The position numbers and the translations under genes were made by a program. Under the pieces are notes generated by a model. The model was not told the DNA's origin. It searched no databases and was given only the letters and a program-made list of their open reading frames with translations. Source: an uncultured Eubacteriales bacterium (GTDB lineage: Bacteria; Bacillota; Clostridia; Peptostreptococcales; Anaerovoracaceae). From it: a stretch of 38,269 bases of DNA. Each line of letters opens with the position of its first letter. Position 1 is the first letter of the stretch. The stretch lies in the NCBI GenBank assembly GCA_902787725.1, contig CADAHK010000015.1:1-38269 (forward strand), given 5' to 3'. Shown piece by piece: positions 27,645 to 37,582 of the stretch.

Positions 27645-27690
27645 AAAACCCTCAGTTTTTTCACCAAATCGGTGAAATTACTGAGGGTTT
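27645..27690. terminator. Long hairpin / probable terminator between convergent genes
   Basis: AAACCCTCAGT..TTTCACC-AAATC-GGTGAAA..ACTGAGGGTTT with a flanking A-tract (U-tract on the minus strand). Confidence 0.7.
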
Positions 27691-27710
27691 CTGTAATCTG
27701 AACTAATTTT

Positions 27711-28283
27711 TTATGGTTCCGGATTGCTGTCCGCGGTCGCGAACGGGCTGTTTGCGGCTCCTTCACCAATCTTCTTTACGTGAGTGTACAGATCCTGATA
27801 AGCGGCTTCCTGATCGGAGTCCTCAGGATTGAACTGAACGTCGGTCGGGAACAGGGCGATAAACGTCTTGCCGCAGTTCTGGCCGTGGCCCGCGACAGTA
27901 TAGTCAGGGAAGTCCTCATAGGAGGTGTCTTCCGGATCAAAAGCCATGATGGTTACCAGAGTTCCACCGTATCCGTCGTCACGCGCTGACTTGAGGTAGA
28001 TCTCAAGACTTGTTTCGTTGTTCTTCTCGTATCCCCATGTGTCATTGTCAGGCATCACCAGCAGGAAGTCGTTGCCGTAAAGGATTCCGTCCTTGAGCTC
28101 CGAACCATCCATAATGTCGTAATCGCTCACTGCCTCAGTTGTGGCTTCTGTCGCTTCAGTCGTAGGCTCCGCGGAGGATTCCGAAGTGCTCTTTTCATCC
28201 GAAGTCTCACCGCACGCCGCAAAGGCAACAACCATTACGGTGACAAGCCCTGCCATGAGCAGTTTTCTCAATAATTCTCTCAT
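27711..28283 (-). CDS. Hypothetical lipoprotein
   Basis: Signal peptide with FAACG lipobox, Ser/Thr/Glu-rich linker, AAGGAGG RBS. Confidence 0.85.
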   Translation of the reverse strand: MRELLRKLLMAGLVTVMVVAFAACGETSDEKSTSESSAEPTTEATEATTEAVSDYDIMDGSELKDGILYGNDFLLVMPDNDTWGYEKNNETSLEIYLKSARDDGYGGTLVTIMAFDPEDTSYEDFPDYTVAGHGQNCGKTFIALFPTDVQFNPEDSDQEAAYQDLYTHVKKIGEGAANSPFATADSNPEP

Positions 28284-28507
28284 CTTCTACCTCCTTGTAT
28301 ATGTACAAGCATAAGATTTCAAATTTATACGCCTACATTATACACTTGCGAGCATCGTTTGTTCCATATAAGTTTGTTAATGTTGGGGTGTGGTTTTGCA
28401 CCTTTGTTTGGTGTTGCTTTGCTTGAATAAAGGACGCAAATATGGTTTAATAAGGCAGTGAAAATACTACATTAAACCATTGTGTGAATTAATACAGGAA
28501 GGTTGAC

Positions 28508-30871
28508 ATGGACAACAGACCAAGGGCGAGAAAAACATTCAAATCCGGAGGCACGAACTCACTGAGCGGAAGCCACAGCATAGGCCACAGCGGCGGCAGC
28601 GGCGGCCACAGCGGTGGAGGCTTCGGCCACAGCAGTGGAGGCTTCGGCGGCGGTTCCGGCGGATACGGCGGAGGAACACGCAGCGGTGGCGGCGGCATGA
28701 TGAAGATCATCATTGCCATCATCGTCATTCTGGCAATGGGCGGCGGAGGTGTATCCCTGGGGGGACTCGGAAATCTCTTCGGCGGACAGAGCCAGACGAC
28801 GCAGCAGTATTATGACAATACGCCGCAGACCAACAACGGATGGTATACGGAGGCCAACACCGGACAGCTCAACCGCGAGGTTTCACCGGAAGCCAGAGAC
28901 AAGTTCGTGAAAGTGCTGGGCGACGGCAAAGACACAGTAACCATCATGGTATACATGTGCGGTACGGACCTGGAGTCCAACGGCGGAATGGGAACCTATG
29001 ATTTGCAGGAGATGCTGAACGCCGATGTATCGAAGAAGGTTAACCTGATCGTGTTCACAGGCGGCTGCAGGCAGTGGCGGAACAACGTCATCAGCAGCAG
29101 TGTAAACCAGGTTTATCAGGTTACAAACGGTAACTTCAAATGTCTCGTTCAGAACGCCGGAAACGGCTCCATGACAGATCCGGCGACGCTCAGAAGCTTC
29201 ATCCAGTGGACAGCGCAGAACTTCCCGGCAAACAGGAACATGCTGATACTGTGGGATCACGGCGGCGGTTCTGCCAGCGGATTTGGATACGACCAGAAGA
29301 ATTCCTATCCAAAATCCATGTCGCTGGAGAGAATAGATCAGGCGCTGAAGAATTCCAAGGTCAAGTTTGACTTCATAGGCTTCGACGCATGCCTCATGGC
29401 CACGACAGAGACAGCTCTCATGCTCAGCGACCGCGCTGACTATCTGATCAGCAGCGAGGAGACTGAACCGGGCAAAGGCTGGTATTACACTAACTGGCTG
29501 ACAAACCTGTCTAAGGACACATCCATGTCGACGCTGGACATCGGCAAGACGATCGTCGACGATTTTACAACGGAAAGCGCGAAGATCAGAGGAAACCAGC
29601 AGACAACACTGTCAATCGTAGACCTGGCGGAACTCAGCCAGACTGTTCCTGATGATCTGAATGCCTTTGCGACAAAGGCGCAGAGCATTATCAAGGACGG
29701 CGATTACAAGACCATCGCGACAGCCAGAGGCGGAACAAAGGAATTCGCTGCGAGCACTGCAATCGACCAGATCGATCTGGTGCACTTCAGCGAGAGATTG
29801 GGTACAAAGGAAGCCAAGGACTTGTCGAAGGCTCTGCTGAGCGCGGTTAAATACAACAGGACGTCACCGAACGTGACGAACGCGTACGGACTTTCGATTT
29901 ACTTCCCGTACAAGAGAATCGGCACGGTTGATTCCATGTCACAGACCTACGATGACTACACCAGCGCGATCAGAATGTTCGCCCAGATGCAGGCCAGCGG
30001 ACAGGCAATAGGCGGCGGAACGTCATCACCGTTCAACTCGCTGTTCGGACCTGGCGCTTCCAATGGAAACAGCGGAACTATGTCAGGCGAAGCGATGAAC
30101 CAGCTCATCCAGTCGCTGTTCTCAGGCAGAGGAGTTGACCGCGCGAACATCGAGGGACTCGATGATACAAACAGCAGCTTCCTGAAGGATGGAGGACTGG
30201 AGCCGATAGAAGCGGCAAGCTATGTCGCAAAGAACTGTCTGGACAAGAGCAACCTCGTATGGCAGGAGAACAGAGAAGGGCAGAAGTGCATTATGATGCC
30301 GGAAGGCCAGTGGTCGCTCGTTCAGACTGTAGACAAGTCAATGCTCTACCAGGTTGGAGAAGGTTATCTGGATCTCGGCCTTGACAACGTATTCGACTTC
30401 GACAGCGACGGCAATCTGATTCCAAATGATGAAAACTCCTGGCTGGCCCTCAACGGCAATACGGTCGCGTACTACCACACCGAGACCCTTGAGAAGGGCA
30501 ACGACGAGTACAGCATCACGGGTTATGTGCCTGTACTGCTCAACGGAGAAACCGCCAATCTCTTCCTCACGTTTGACAATAAGAACGAGCAGGGCTATGT
30601 TTCCGGAGTCCAGTACACGTACGATGAGGAGGTTACCGGAGCAGAAGCGAAGATCGACACTAATCTCAAGGAAGGCGATGAGCTTACATTCACATGCGAC
30701 TACTATCCGATGGGCGGCGGTGACAAGGACATCTACGAGATCGGCAAGATGAAGGTAACCGACCCTGACAGCATCGAGATAACCAACAAGGATCTGGAGC
30801 AGACCAAATCCGTGATAACCTACAGATTCACGGACATCTATGACCAGTATTACTGGACGCCGGCGCTTTAA
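28508..30871 (+). CDS. Clostripain-family (C11) cysteine peptidase, N-terminally membrane-anchored
   Basis: TIMVYMCGTDLES, catalytic His in ILWDHGGG and Cys in GFDACLM, SEETEPG.GW.Y, GLSIYFP; Gly-rich N-terminus followed by a TM helix. Confidence 0.9.
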   Translation: MDNRPRARKTFKSGGTNSLSGSHSIGHSGGSGGHSGGGFGHSSGGFGGGSGGYGGGTRSGGGGMMKIIIAIIVILAMGGGGVSLGGLGNLFGGQSQTTQQYYDNTPQTNNGWYTEANTGQLNREVSPEARDKFVKVLGDGKDTVTIMVYMCGTDLESNGGMGTYDLQEMLNADVSKKVNLIVFTGGCRQWRNNVISSSVNQVYQVTNGNFKCLVQNAGNGSMTDPATLRSFIQWTAQNFPANRNMLILWDHGGGSASGFGYDQKNSYPKSMSLERIDQALKNSKVKFDFIGFDACLMATTETALMLSDRADYLISSEETEPGKGWYYTNWLTNLSKDTSMSTLDIGKTIVDDFTTESAKIRGNQQTTLSIVDLAELSQTVPDDLNAFATKAQSIIKDGDYKTIATARGGTKEFAASTAIDQIDLVHFSERLGTKEAKDLSKALLSAVKYNRTSPNVTNAYGLSIYFPYKRIGTVDSMSQTYDDYTSAIRMFAQMQASGQAIGGGTSSPFNSLFGPGASNGNSGTMSGEAMNQLIQSLFSGRGVDRANIEGLDDTNSSFLKDGGLEPIEAASYVAKNCLDKSNLVWQENREGQKCIMMPEGQWSLVQTVDKSMLYQVGEGYLDLGLDNVFDFDSDGNLIPNDENSWLALNGNTVAYYHTETLEKGNDEYSITGYVPVLLNGETANLFLTFDNKNEQGYVSGVQYTYDEEVTGAEAKIDTNLKEGDELTFTCDYYPMGGGDKDIYEIGKMKVTDPDSIEITNKDLEQTKSVITYRFTDIYDQYYWTPAL

Positions 30872-30933
30872 TGCAAAGGCAGTACGGCTAAAATATAATC
30901 CATTTAGTTATATTATTTGAAAGGAGCAACAAT

Positions 30934-31095
30934 ATGGATAAGTATGAATGCGGACCTTGCGGACATGTTTATGATCCTGAAGTAGGCGATCCGGATAACG
31001 GAATCGCTCCGGGAACACCTTTTGAAGAACTGCCTGACGACTGGGAATGCCCGGTCTGCGGAGTAGGAAAGGACATGTTTCAGAAGGTTGAGTAA
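30934..31095 (+). CDS. Rubredoxin (53 aa; below the ORF-track cut-off)
   Basis: [53 protein letters not shown]; GAAAGGAG RBS. Confidence 0.96.
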   Translation: MDKYECGPCGHVYDPEVGDPDNGIAPGTPFEELPDDWECPVCGVGKDMFQKVE

Positions 31096-31126
31096 AGAGT
31101 GACGCATGGAATAAAAGTGCGTAATC

Positions 31127-31163
31127 AAAAACTCCGGGGCAGCGCTCCGGAGTTTTGTTTTTT
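31127..31163. terminator. Bidirectional intrinsic terminator (rubredoxin / leuB)
   Basis: AAAAACTCCGGGGC-AGC-GCTCCGGAGTTTTGTTTTTT. Confidence 0.88.
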
Positions 31164-31167
31164 AGAG

Positions 31168-32244
31168 TTAGATGAAGGAGGCCACCTTGTCGCCCGTTTC
31201 CGCTGTCGTAAGCGGGGCGGCGTCGCCGGCGGCAATATCGAAGGTTCGCAGGCCTGCCTGCAGGAACGCGCGCACGGCGCTGTCGACAGCGTCTGCTTCT
31301 TCGAGGAGACCGAAGGTGTATCTGAGCATCATGCCAGCGGAGAGAATCGTAGCCAGCGGGTTGGCTTTGCCTGTTCCCGCGATGTCAGGCGCGGAACCGT
31401 GTACCGGTTCGTACATTCCGAAGTTTCCGTCGGCCAGACTCGCCGAAGGGAGCATGCCGATGGATCCCGTGATCTGGCTCGCCTCATCGGAGAGTATGTC
31501 GCCGAAGATGTTGCTCGTCACGATGACATCGAAGTGCTTCGGGTTCCTGACCAGCTGCATTGCCCCGTTGTCAACGTACATGTTGTCCAGAGCGACTTCC
31601 GGATAGTCGGCGGCGACTTCCGCGACTGTCTTTCTCCAAAGGCGCGAGCTCTCCAGAACATTGGCTTTATCTATGCTCGTCACGCGTTTGCCGCGCTTCA
31701 TTGCCATGTCAAAGGCAACCTTGGCGATACGTCTGATCTCTTCTTTTGAATACTGTTCGACGTCATAGGCCGCAGGTCCCATCTCTGTTTCCTTGAAACC
31801 CTTTTCGCCAAAGTATATGCCGCCTGTCAGTTCGCGGACAACGACGATGTCCAGACCGCCGTCTATGATTTCCGGCTTGAGAGGTGAAGCGTCCGCAAGC
31901 TCATCAAAAACCATGGCGGGACGCAGATTCGCAAAGAGCCCGAGCTCCTTCCTGAGTCCCAGCAGGGCGCGCTCAGGCCTTTCGTCGCCGGGCAGATCGT
32001 CCCACTTTGGACCGCCTACAGCGCCCAGAAGAACAGCGTCTGATGCCTTTGCGATATCGACCGTCTCGTCAGGAAGACACCTTCCGGTTTCGTCGATAGC
32101 CGCTCCTCCGGCCAGCACGTATGTGTATTCAAAGGTATGTCCGAACCTCTCACCGACGGCGTCCAGGACCTTGGTCGCTTCATCAATTACTTCCGGGCCT
32201 ATGCCGTCGCCTTTTACTACTGCAATTCTGTATTTCAATTTCAA
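31168..32244 (-). CDS. leuB: 3-isopropylmalate dehydrogenase
   Basis: [48 protein letters not shown]; TTG start. Confidence 0.97.
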   Translation of the reverse strand: MKLKYRIAVVKGDGIGPEVIDEATKVLDAVGERFGHTFEYTYVLAGGAAIDETGRCLPDETVDIAKASDAVLLGAVGGPKWDDLPGDERPERALLGLRKELGLFANLRPAMVFDELADASPLKPEIIDGGLDIVVVRELTGGIYFGEKGFKETEMGPAAYDVEQYSKEEIRRIAKVAFDMAMKRGKRVTSIDKANVLESSRLWRKTVAEVAADYPEVALDNMYVDNGAMQLVRNPKHFDVIVTSNIFGDILSDEASQITGSIGMLPSASLADGNFGMYEPVHGSAPDIAGTGKANPLATILSAGMMLRYTFGLLEEADAVDSAVRAFLQAGLRTFDIAAGDAAPLTTAETGDKVASFI

Positions 32245-32250
32245 TTCTCC

Positions 32251-32748
32251 TTACTTGTCGTTCTGCTTCTCTTTTATCGAATTCATGAGCCCGCCGCTTC
32301 TGATGATATTCTGAATGAATTCAGGAAAAGCCTGAGCCTTATATGTTTCCCCCTTTGTTATGTTGGTTATGACGCCGGAGTCAAAATCCACGGAGACCTC
32401 GTCGCCGGCTTCGATGCTTTTGCTCGCCTCAGGGCATTCCAGAATCGGAAGGCCGATGTTGATTGCGTTGCGGTAGAAGATGCGCGCGAAGGTGGACGCG
32501 ATGACGCAGCTAATGCCTGACGCCTTGATAGCGATAGGGGCGTGCTCTCTGGAGGAACCGCAGCCGAAGTTTTCTCCTCCGACCATGATGTCGCCGTCGC
32601 TGACTTTGCGTACGAAGTCCGTGTCGATGTCCTCCATGCAGTGGCTCGCCAGTTCCTTGTGATCCTGGGTGTTCAGGTAGCGTGCCGGGATTATTACATC
32701 CGTGTCGATGTTATTTCCGTATTTATGTACAAATCCTTTTGCGTTCAT
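32251..32748 (-). CDS. leuD: 3-isopropylmalate dehydratase small subunit
   Basis: [38 protein letters not shown]. Confidence 0.97.
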   Translation of the reverse strand: MNAKGFVHKYGNNIDTDVIIPARYLNTQDHKELASHCMEDIDTDFVRKVSDGDIMVGGENFGCGSSREHAPIAIKASGISCVIASTFARIFYRNAINIGLPILECPEASKSIEAGDEVSVDFDSGVITNITKGETYKAQAFPEFIQNIIRSGGLMNSIKEKQNDK

Positions 32749-34026
32749 TTATAAGCTCCTTTCCGGTCTGAAGTCGTCCGGGCCCGCGATGCGCCCGGCC
32801 AGTGCCGATGCCGCTGCCACCTGAGGGCTGGCCAGATATATTTCCGAATCGACAGCGCCCATGCGGCCGACGAAGTTTCTGTTCGTAGTCGCGACGCAGC
32901 GCTCACCGCTTGCCAGAATGCCCATGTGACCGCCGAGGCACGGTCCGCAGGTCGGTGTGGAAACTACGCATCCCGCGTCGATGAATATATCGATGAATCC
33001 CGCCTTGATGCAGTCTTTGTAGACTTTCTGTGTTGCCGGAATGATGATTCCTCTGACGCCCGGCGAGATGTGTCTGCCTGCGAGTATTTCCGCGGCAGCT
33101 TTCATGTCGGAGAATCTGCCGTTGGTGCATGAACCGATGACAACCTGGTCGATTGGTATATCGCCGACTTCATCGATGGTCTTCGTGTTCTCAGGCAGGT
33201 GAGGGAAGGAGACTGTCGGGCGAATCGATGACAGGTCGATGTCGTAGACCGCCGCGTACTCCGCGTCGTCATCCGCTGCAAAGGCAGTATAATCTCTGTC
33301 TGTCCTTTCCTTTATGAACTGCTCAGTCACTTCGTCGACAGGGAATATTCCGTTCTTGCCGCCGGCTTCGATGGCCATGTTGCAGATACAGAGCCTGTCG
33401 TCCATCGACAGCGCCGCAACACCCGGACCGGTGAATTCCATTGAACGGTACAGGGCGCCGTCGACGCCTATCATTCCGATGATGCGGAGGATGACGTCCT
33501 TGCCGCTGACGCCTTCCTGAAGCGATCCGGTCAGATTGAACTTCAGAGCTTCCGGCACCTTGAACCAGGCCTGTCCTGTGGCCATTCCGGCCGCCAGATC
33601 AGTTGAGCCCACACCGGTCGAAAAAGCTCCGACCGCGCCGTACGTGCAGGTGTGTGAGTCCGCGCCGATTATTACGTCGCCGGGAGCTACAAGTCCCTTT
33701 TCAGGGAGGAGGGCGTGTTCGATGCCCATGTCGCCCACATCGTAGAAGTTGTCTATGTCGAATCTCTTCGCGAAGGCGCGGCATTTTTTGCACTGCTCAG
33801 CGCTCTTTATATCCTTGTTCGGTGTGAAGTGGTCCATGACTAGAGATATCCGGCTCTTGTCAAATACGCTGTCGAAGCCGGCTCCGTCGAACTCATTTAT
33901 GGATACCGGACCCGTGATATCGTTGGCGAGAGTCATGTCCAGGCGGGCGTTGATCAGCTGTCCCGCGCTGACTGATTCAAGCCCTGCGTGGGCTGCCAGT
34001 ATCTTTTGTGTCATTGTCATTCCCAT
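32749..34026 (-). CDS. leuC: 3-isopropylmalate dehydratase large subunit
   Basis: [43 protein letters not shown]. Confidence 0.97.
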   Translation of the reverse strand: MGMTMTQKILAAHAGLESVSAGQLINARLDMTLANDITGPVSINEFDGAGFDSVFDKSRISLVMDHFTPNKDIKSAEQCKKCRAFAKRFDIDNFYDVGDMGIEHALLPEKGLVAPGDVIIGADSHTCTYGAVGAFSTGVGSTDLAAGMATGQAWFKVPEALKFNLTGSLQEGVSGKDVILRIIGMIGVDGALYRSMEFTGPGVAALSMDDRLCICNMAIEAGGKNGIFPVDEVTEQFIKERTDRDYTAFAADDDAEYAAVYDIDLSSIRPTVSFPHLPENTKTIDEVGDIPIDQVVIGSCTNGRFSDMKAAAEILAGRHISPGVRGIIIPATQKVYKDCIKAGFIDIFIDAGCVVSTPTCGPCLGGHMGILASGERCVATTNRNFVGRMGAVDSEIYLASPQVAAASALAGRIAGPDDFRPERSL

Positions 34027-34050
34027 GTTATGTTTATCCTTTCTGCCGGT

Positions 34051-35796
34051 CTAGACGGCTTCGCCTCTTGCTTCGTCTTCATCGAGGAAGTGGGTGTGCT
34101 TGTTCATTCTGTTCAGCGCGCTTACGAGAGCGTTGACTGAAGCGAGGATGATATCTGCCTGCGTGCCGACTCCCCAGTACTGATTGCCTTCCTTGTCCGC
34201 GATGCAGATATACGCTGCGGCCATGGAGTTCGAATCCGCGCTTATGGCGTGTTCTGAATATGTTATGAACTCATAGTTGCTGAAGTTGTATTCAGTCTTT
34301 CTGAGGGCGTTGCTTACCGCGTCCAGACGTCCGTTTCCTGTAGCCTTGAGGTTGTAGACTACATCATTTATGACGACTCTCATCTCTACGCCGTACGCCT
34401 CAGCTCCTTCGCTCTTTGTAGTCGGCAGATGGCTGAATGTCGCGTGGGTGATATCGAGAGGATCGAAGTAGTTGATGTACTCTTCCTTGAAGATCCTGAA
34501 GATTTCGTCCGCGGACAGCTCCTCAGCTCTCCTGTCGGATATTCCCTTCATCATGTAGCCGACTTCAGGACGCATCATCTGAGGAATGTCGAAGCCGTGG
34601 TCGCGCTTGATGAGATATGCGACGCCGCCCTTGCCGGACTGGCTGTTGATTCTGATTACATTGCCGTCGTACTTACGTCCTACGTCGTGCGGATCAATCG
34701 GCAGATACGGAACGGTCCATCTTGAAGGATCTTTTTCCTCACGCCAGTTCATGCCCTTGGCGATAGCGTCCTGATGTGAGCCCGAGAACGCTGCAAAGAC
34801 AAGGGAGCCGCTGTAAGGATGGCGCGGGCTGACCTGCAGGCCTGTGAAGTGTTCGTAGGCTCCGACAACATCAGGCATGTGCGAGAAGTCAAGACCCGGG
34901 TCAACACCGTGGCTGTACATGTTCATGGCCAGGGTGACAATATCTACATTTCCGGTGCGCTCCCCGTTGCCGAAGAGGGTGCCTTCGATTCTGTCTCCGC
35001 CTGCGAGAAGTCCCAGTTCTGCCGCCGCGACAGCTGTTCCTCTGTCATTGTGCGGGTGAAGTGAAATGCATATGCTTTCTCTGTTGTGGAGATTGTTGCT
35101 TATGTATTCCACCTGGTTCGCGAATATGTGAGGCATGGACATCTCGACTGTAGCCGGCAGGTTGATGATGACCTTGTTGTCAGGCGTCGGCTCCCAGATG
35201 TCGATGACCGCGTTGCATACGTCGAGGGCGTATTCCATCTCAGTGCCGGTGAAGCTTTCAGGCGAGTACTCGTACTGGTAGTGCGTGTCCGGATGCTCGG
35301 CGGCGATCTCCTTGATCAGCGACGCTCCGTCTGTTGCGATCCTCAGTATCTCTTCCTTTGAAGCGCGGAAGACCTGCTGACGCTGAGCGTAGGAGACAGA
35401 GTTGTACAGGTGCACGACAGCGTGCTTGACGCCTTTGAGAGCCTCAAATGTCTTTTCTATGATATGTCTTCTGGACTGTGTAAGTACCTGAATCACAACA
35501 TCGTCAGGAATCAGGTTGTCCTGGACCAGTCTGCGGATGAATTCATATTCCGTATCGGAGGCGGCAGGGAAGCCGACCTCGATTTCCTTGAATCCGATGC
35601 GACACAGGAATTTGAACATGTCCAGTTTTTCCTGCAGCGTCATGGGCTCGATCAGAGCCTGATTGCCGTCCCTTAGGTCAACGCTGCACCATCTCGGAGC
35701 TTCTGTTACATGATCTCTGTTGATCCATTCGAACTTTTCCTGTGGAGGCGGGTAATAGCCCGGCCTGTACTTTGTGTGATTCTGCATAGTCGCCAT
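34051..35796 (-). CDS. leuA: 2-isopropylmalate synthase (yeast/actinobacterial type)
   Basis: WCSVDLRDGNQAL, EVGFP, EYSPESF, INLPATVE, HPHNDRG, GNGERTGN, RINSQSGKGG. ATG 35796 after AAAGGAAG; the longer ORF-track start lies inside the T-box terminator. Confidence 0.96.
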   Translation of the reverse strand: MATMQNHTKYRPGYYPPPQEKFEWINRDHVTEAPRWCSVDLRDGNQALIEPMTLQEKLDMFKFLCRIGFKEIEVGFPAASDTEYEFIRRLVQDNLIPDDVVIQVLTQSRRHIIEKTFEALKGVKHAVVHLYNSVSYAQRQQVFRASKEEILRIATDGASLIKEIAAEHPDTHYQYEYSPESFTGTEMEYALDVCNAVIDIWEPTPDNKVIINLPATVEMSMPHIFANQVEYISNNLHNRESICISLHPHNDRGTAVAAAELGLLAGGDRIEGTLFGNGERTGNVDIVTLAMNMYSHGVDPGLDFSHMPDVVGAYEHFTGLQVSPRHPYSGSLVFAAFSGSHQDAIAKGMNWREEKDPSRWTVPYLPIDPHDVGRKYDGNVIRINSQSGKGGVAYLIKRDHGFDIPQMMRPEVGYMMKGISDRRAEELSADEIFRIFKEEYINYFDPLDITHATFSHLPTTKSEGAEAYGVEMRVVINDVVYNLKATGNGRLDAVSNALRKTEYNFSNYEFITYSEHAISADSNSMAAAYICIADKEGNQYWGVGTQADIILASVNALVSALNRMNKHTHFLDEDEARGEAV

Positions 35797-35863
35797 TTTG
35801 TTTTTCTTCCTTTCTTTTGACCTTTTGGTTTGAATGAGCGACTGCTGAAGACGTTTAGATAAT

Positions 35864-36092
35864 AAAAAACGTCTCTTCAGCAATCATAGATTGTAAAGAG
35901 ACGAAAAACTGCATTAACAGTATAATTCCGCGGTACCACTCTTCTTGCCTGTATCAGGTCCATCAACCGGAGGGACAGGCCGCTCATTTTAAGCTTCCGC
36001 TCGGGGGTGAGACACCGAAGCGCGCCTGCGGCCTTTCACCATATGGCCGCTCTCTGTTGAGACGTCGTATTTCGATTTGTTCCCGTCATGGC
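35864..36092 (-). promoter_or_regulatory. Leucine T-box riboswitch with intrinsic terminator
   Basis: Stem I with AGAGAG and GGTGA boxes and GA-motif ends, probable specifier codon CUC at 36009-36011, T-box AAGAGTGGTACCGCG (35929-35943), terminator CGTCTCTT...AAGAGACG-TTTTTT (35864-35903). Confidence 0.92.
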
Positions 36093-36119
36093 AGAAAAAG
36101 ATTATTGAATACGTTGACA

Positions 36120-36148
36120 ATGTTAACTCTTTAGCCTATAAAAGTCAA
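36120..36148 (-). promoter_or_regulatory. sigma-A promoter of the leu leader
   Basis: TTGACT, 17 bp spacer, TAACAT. Confidence 0.7.
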
Positions 36149-36181
36149 CACTGAAAATACAAAAAGTATACAATTTTGGTA

Positions 36182-36604
36182 CTACGCTAGTGCGGCCCCC
36201 AGTTTCCGGCAGGCCTCTTTGCCTTCTTCGTCCGGCTCCAGATGACAGATTACGAAATCGCAGGCGAGATTCGCGCCAGCTGTTTTGCAGCGGCTTTCCC
36301 AGCTGCGCATCCACTCTCCATCACCCCAGTCATAGGAACCGAAGAGCGCGATTTTCTTGCCGCTGAGAGATGCTTCACATGCCGTAAACATCGGATCGAA
36401 CTCATCCTCCTCCAGAATTTCATCTCCCATTGCAGGACATCCGAACCCGACCGCGTCATAAGCGTTCATTTTGTCCGCTCCAAAACCCGCAGCAGTCAGA
36501 AGATCCACTTCTGCGCCGGCTGATATTACTCCTTCGGCGACTGCCTTCGCCATTGCTTCTGTGTTACCTGTCATACTCCAATAAACTACAGCAACTTTAT
36601 TCAT
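36182..36604 (-). CDS. Short-chain flavodoxin
   Basis: VYWSMTGNTEAMA, GCPAMGDE, LFGSYDWGDGEWM; 140 aa from ATG 36604 after GGAGG. Confidence 0.95.
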   Translation of the reverse strand: MNKVAVVYWSMTGNTEAMAKAVAEGVISAGAEVDLLTAAGFGADKMNAYDAVGFGCPAMGDEILEEDEFDPMFTACEASLSGKKIALFGSYDWGDGEWMRSWESRCKTAGANLACDFVICHLEPDEEGKEACRKLGAALA

Positions 36605-36626
36605 TGTTTTACCTCCATTCTGCGGT

Positions 36627-37259
36627 TTAAGCAGTAACTTGTGTTCTGACTGCCAGTTTTGCAATCGGCAGACCCCGTTCCAGACATTTGAGATAGACGC
36701 CTGTGCATTTGCTGAAACGATCGAATTGCTTTCGCGCGCGATTCACATCACCATAAACTTTCCAGTAGCCGCTGGTTTTGCTGTTTCTGCCTCTGAATTT
36801 AATAAACCCCTTTACATCTTCAGTAGGATATCCGAGAAACAGACCCACCTCGTGGGGGAATTCATCGCATTCGTGAATCCTGTCAGACAGTCTTCTGATA
36901 CAGTCTTCGTGATTGGACGCGTCATAGCCGAAGCTCGCCAGAATATCCCTGGCGTCTTCCATGTTCAGGTCATTTTGCAGGCGGCCCGGCCGATATATAT
37001 ACAACAAAGCCCGAAGGCAGCCTCCGCAGCATTTGCCACTGTGTTTGATGTACCTCTTGTTTTTGGTCTTGTCGCAGTTTACGTGGCAGGCGATCCTGAG
37101 CACTGTGACTCTGAGTCCTTTTTCAGTCAGAATCTGATTCAGCTGCCGCACTTCAGCATCGAGCTGCGCTTCACTTACAAAAGTAGCCGTAAACATGTTT
37201 CCTGTTTTCAGCCCCGCCAAAGTCGGCGCGCAGTGTCTTACAATCAAATCTTCAGACAT
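36627..37259 (-). CDS. DUF3793 family protein
   Basis: HCAPTLAGLK, YIYRP, FPHEVGLFLGYP.EDV.GFI, GYWKVY; adjacent to flavodoxin as is typical. ATG 37259 after AGGAG. Confidence 0.88.
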   Translation of the reverse strand: MSEDLIVRHCAPTLAGLKTGNMFTATFVSEAQLDAEVRQLNQILTEKGLRVTVLRIACHVNCDKTKNKRYIKHSGKCCGGCLRALLYIYRPGRLQNDLNMEDARDILASFGYDASNHEDCIRRLSDRIHECDEFPHEVGLFLGYPTEDVKGFIKFRGRNSKTSGYWKVYGDVNRARKQFDRFSKCTGVYLKCLERGLPIAKLAVRTQVTA

Positions 37260-37284
37260 ATATACTCCTGTTCCTGTCATATTG

Positions 37285-37374
37285 GGTTAGTTCAGACTAA
37301 CCAAGGTTCTTAAATAAACACCCGTTGAAGTGGAAAGGGTGTGGCGAGACATATGCGGTTAGTCTTAACTAACT
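37285..37374. promoter_or_regulatory. Two GTTAGT-N4-ACTAAC palindromes, putative metal-responsive repressor sites
   Basis: GGTTAGT-TCAG-ACTAACC at 37285-37302 and GTTAGT-CTTA-ACTAAC at 37358-37373, both downstream of the minus-strand promoter. Confidence 0.75.
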
Positions 37375-37380
37375 ATCTGC

Positions 37381-37409
37381 AGTATAGAATACTTCCGCTT
37401 AGTTGTCAA
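37381..37409 (-). promoter_or_regulatory. sigma-A promoter of the DUF3793-flavodoxin operon
   Basis: TTGACA, 17 bp spacer, TATACT. Confidence 0.8.
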
Positions 37410-37410
37410 G

Positions 37411-37436
37411 AACAATTCGCAACAACAATTCGCAAC
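37411..37436. repeat. 13-bp exact tandem repeat AACAATTCGCAAC x2
   Basis: 37411-37423 and 37424-37436, between the divergent promoters. Confidence 0.85.
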
Positions 37437-37582
37437 ATCATTCACACAATCTTTGCATAATCAATCCTTTCAGCGGCAATAGTTTTGTAGTATAATGTTA
37501 GCCGTACGGAATCCGTCTAAACGGCGGACATAAATCAGCAGTTAATGTGAAAAAACATATCAATAAAAAAGGAGAATCCTGC

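Noticed and set aside
29935-29965. Possible short in-frame deletion in the clostripain gene (SQTYDDYT)
   Set aside because: Based only on recollection of homologues; the frame is intact and this needs an alignment.
35797-35883. N-terminal extension of LeuA in the ORF track, or a leader peptide
   Set aside because: It lies in the T-box terminator region without an RBS; regulation is explained by the T-box.
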